This document shows positions 61,499 to 64,000 of a stretch of 64,000 nucleotides of DNA, piece after piece (positions within the stretch are counted from its first letter, which is position 1; each line of letters opens with the position of its first letter). The stretch is taken from NCBI GenBank assembly GCA_013265495.1, contig MU058153.1:622001-686000 (forward strand). Direction: 5' to 3'. Origin of the DNA: Vicugna vicugna (taxonomy: Eukaryota). The notes under the pieces are model-generated. The model was not told the DNA's origin, ran no database searches, and worked only from the letters and a program-made list of their open reading frames with translations. The translations under genes and the position numbers were made by a program.

Positions 61499-63379
61499 TA
61501 GTTTGAGGAATGTCATCGAGCTACCAAGTAAATAGTCTTATAAGGCAGAGATTGTAGCTGACATGTAAATTAAGACTGCCCTGTCTCTCAGCTTTTCTAG
61601 TCTGAATTCCCTTGCTTTCCATATTTAAGAGAGAACTCCTTTCCCTTGCAAAAAAACCTCTCCCTTTCTTAACTAACAGAGCATCATTTGAATGCACAGT
61701 TGACATCCCCCCGTTTCTTATTTTAGTTTTCCAGACCTGGGCCCTGATTCCCCGATACTGCTGTAAGCTGGCAATAATAGGTAATTGAGTTAGCACCCAT
61801 GAGCCAAATAAAAATTATTTTTGGTGGTCAAGATGAGCAAATAGGATTTCCTGCTCTCCAAAGCATGTATAGACCAGTCTTCTCCATGCTTTATGCTGCT
61901 GATCTCTGTAAATTCCACTTAAGTATTTATCAGAACATTTGAGTAAACTCTAAACTGCTCGTTATTAATTGTCTTGATCCTACCTCCTGAAGTTCTCTTG
62001 GTTCACCTTGGGGTGTACGTGCGTAACCCTCTTTCTGAGCGAGGACTTTAATTTTATAACTGAATGGCCACAGTTACCGCTTTACTCCCCGAGTACAAAG
62101 CATATATAGGTCACCTTTTATTTACTAAAATCCTGCTTGTGTCTCAAGTACTTCACAAAAATGTTAATATCAAAATTACTTTTATTTAGCTTCCGTGTGC
62201 AGCTAGGTTGCCATGATTCATTTTGGAAGAATGTGAGATTTATGTCAACTGCTCCTTCTTCTACATCCTTTAATTTCTATTTGTAAATCAGGTCATCCCT
62301 TTAGAAAACAGTGTGTGTTTGCCTTTTTCATAGAAATATTTTCACAGTCCTACTGTAACGTTTAACATTTTTCTTTTTGTCAAATGTCACTATAAAGAAC
62401 AAACACACAAAGACCAAGTTGTATCTTCAAAAAACTATCACATATTCAAACCAAGATACACGTTTCCTCTATGTAAAAACCTATGAAATGGTTCTTTGAA
62501 CTTTAATGACTGGAATAAACTTAGCAGTATATAAATGTGGGCTTTCTTTTTGCATTAGTTCATGAGAGCTTTATAAATTTCACAGGTCCTTTTTCACTTT
62601 TGTTTTTATTGTTTGTTTTTGGTTTTGGGGTTTTTTTGTTTGTTTGTTTTCTTTTGTCTGTTCATGGTTATTGGGAAGTTAACAGCTAAGGTTTATAATC
62701 AGTGCCAGAGATTGTCTCAAACTCCTTTTTTCATGATTTGGGATAGTCATTTCACCTCTGTCAGTTAAAATTTTGTTTTTCTGTGGGATGTAGAGATTCA
62801 AGAAGTGGTTAAACAAAAAGCAGCCACACTCTCCTTAAAGAGGCACCCGGAGGGGGCCATTCAGGCTGTCGCTGCCCCTTGATGCCGTCAGCGGCTCAGG
62901 CCCTTCCTGTCCACCTTCTCTGAGATTCTTAGTTCAGGGCTTTCTTACCTGAGATCGCCCCATGGTTAGCGGACGGAACGTAAGTCTCCGGCTGGCCTGT
63001 CTGTGTTTCACAAGGATGGTGGTAGAAAGGTGAGAGGTAAAAGTCCCCATTATTAAAAGTGCTTCCCCAGAATTTTCATCCAGAAAAGTCCAGTTCTGTT
63101 CCCTTGGATAGAGCTTAAGAAAATAGCCACTTCTACAGGTATGGGGTCCTGGGAAGTGGAGCCAGGCATGTTGCCCCACACCAATTCTAGATTCCACGAG
63201 GAAGACGGAAGAGGGAAATGGTCATAGGACGGGCAACTGGAATATCTACCTCGTCACCCTTCCTTCCTTGCCTCGTATTTTTTCATTTTAATTTCACTAG
63301 TTTTAAATTTGTCCTTTCATTTTATTTTCCTTAAATCTGTTTTTGAAGCAGGTGGTATCTAAAAAAAAAAAAACCCTAA

Positions 63380-63640
63380 TAATTTACTAAATAATAGCAC
63401 TAATAGCTCAGGGATGCTAAAGCACTATGCTGCATGTATTACCTACATGTTCTCAGGTAGTCATTTTAGAAGCATGATGAGCTGGTTCTATCTTTATCTT
63501 CATTCTACCAGTGAATTCATTGCTACGTAAGAGAGTTTAAGTACCTTACTGAGGTCACCCGACTAACACATGAGAAATATGGATTTCTAACTCATATTTC
63601 TTCATTGACAGGCTCTTATGTTCATCAGGTTAAACATTCT
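63380..63640 (-). mobile_element. MIR SINE
   Basis: 'taatagc...gcactatgct...gagtttaagtaccttactgaggtcacccgactaa'. Confidence 0.6.
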
Positions 63641-64000
63641 CCCATCTGCATATGAATGAGTTGATCCATATCTGCTTACATCCTTAGATGCGGGGAGGAA
63701 ATGTTTTCCCCTCCAACTGTGGCTGAGCAAGACAAAAACTTTTCAGCATTTCTTCAGCTTTTCTCTCACGTTTTCTACCTGTACCTTCATTTCGTGTGAA
63801 AACCTCAAGCCCTTGACATCTGGGGGAAGGTAGCCCGAACTGGAGGTATCATACTATCATTTAGCATATTTGGATCAATGCCTGTAAACCCATCATGTGT
63901 GTAATTGTTCAATATCTAACCTTCTGCCATATTGGATTCCCTCAGAGAGCAGTGATGGTGTTCGTGCTTGTCACAGATTTGGATTCCATTCTAGGTCCAT

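Noticed and set aside
62843..62860. CTCF-like 'cacccggagggggcca'
   Set aside because: Two mismatches in the core; much weaker than the 21614 site.

Overview
AT-rich, CpG-depleted mammalian genomic DNA, most likely camelid (alpaca/llama/camel), judged from a Vic-1-type tRNA-derived SINE at 28487-28620 and artiodactyl-type L1 3' ends. The window looks intronic or intergenic. It is dense in old eutherian repeats (L2, MIR, L1M/ME, HAL1, L3, MLT1 and LTR16/33 ERVL LTRs, MER41- and MER67-like ERV1 LTRs, MER5/MER58/MER94 DNA transposons) and carries a few younger lineage-specific insertions with target-site duplications (TSDs). I cannot identify any protein-coding exon with confidence; the only ORF with a recognisable product is a decayed L1 ORF2 fragment (13579-13803). 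I see no CRISPR array, prokaryotic operon or intact RNA gene. The strongest anomaly is a ~300-370 bp block starting at 32443 that abruptly replaces the rest of an MLT1 LTR with sequence lacking mammalian CpG depletion (14 CpG in ~298 bp, none in ~590 bp upstream or ~340 bp downstream); it reads as foreign, scrambled or synthetic. Other notable items: a twin-primed 5'-inverted L1, an extended CTCF site, an RFX X-box, STAT GAS motifs in a MER41-like LTR, a ~270 bp orphan insert inside a MER67-like LTR, a dispersed 34-bp direct repeat and several candidate small exons. Repeat family names come from recalled consensus resemblance, not a database search, and most repeat boundaries are approximate.
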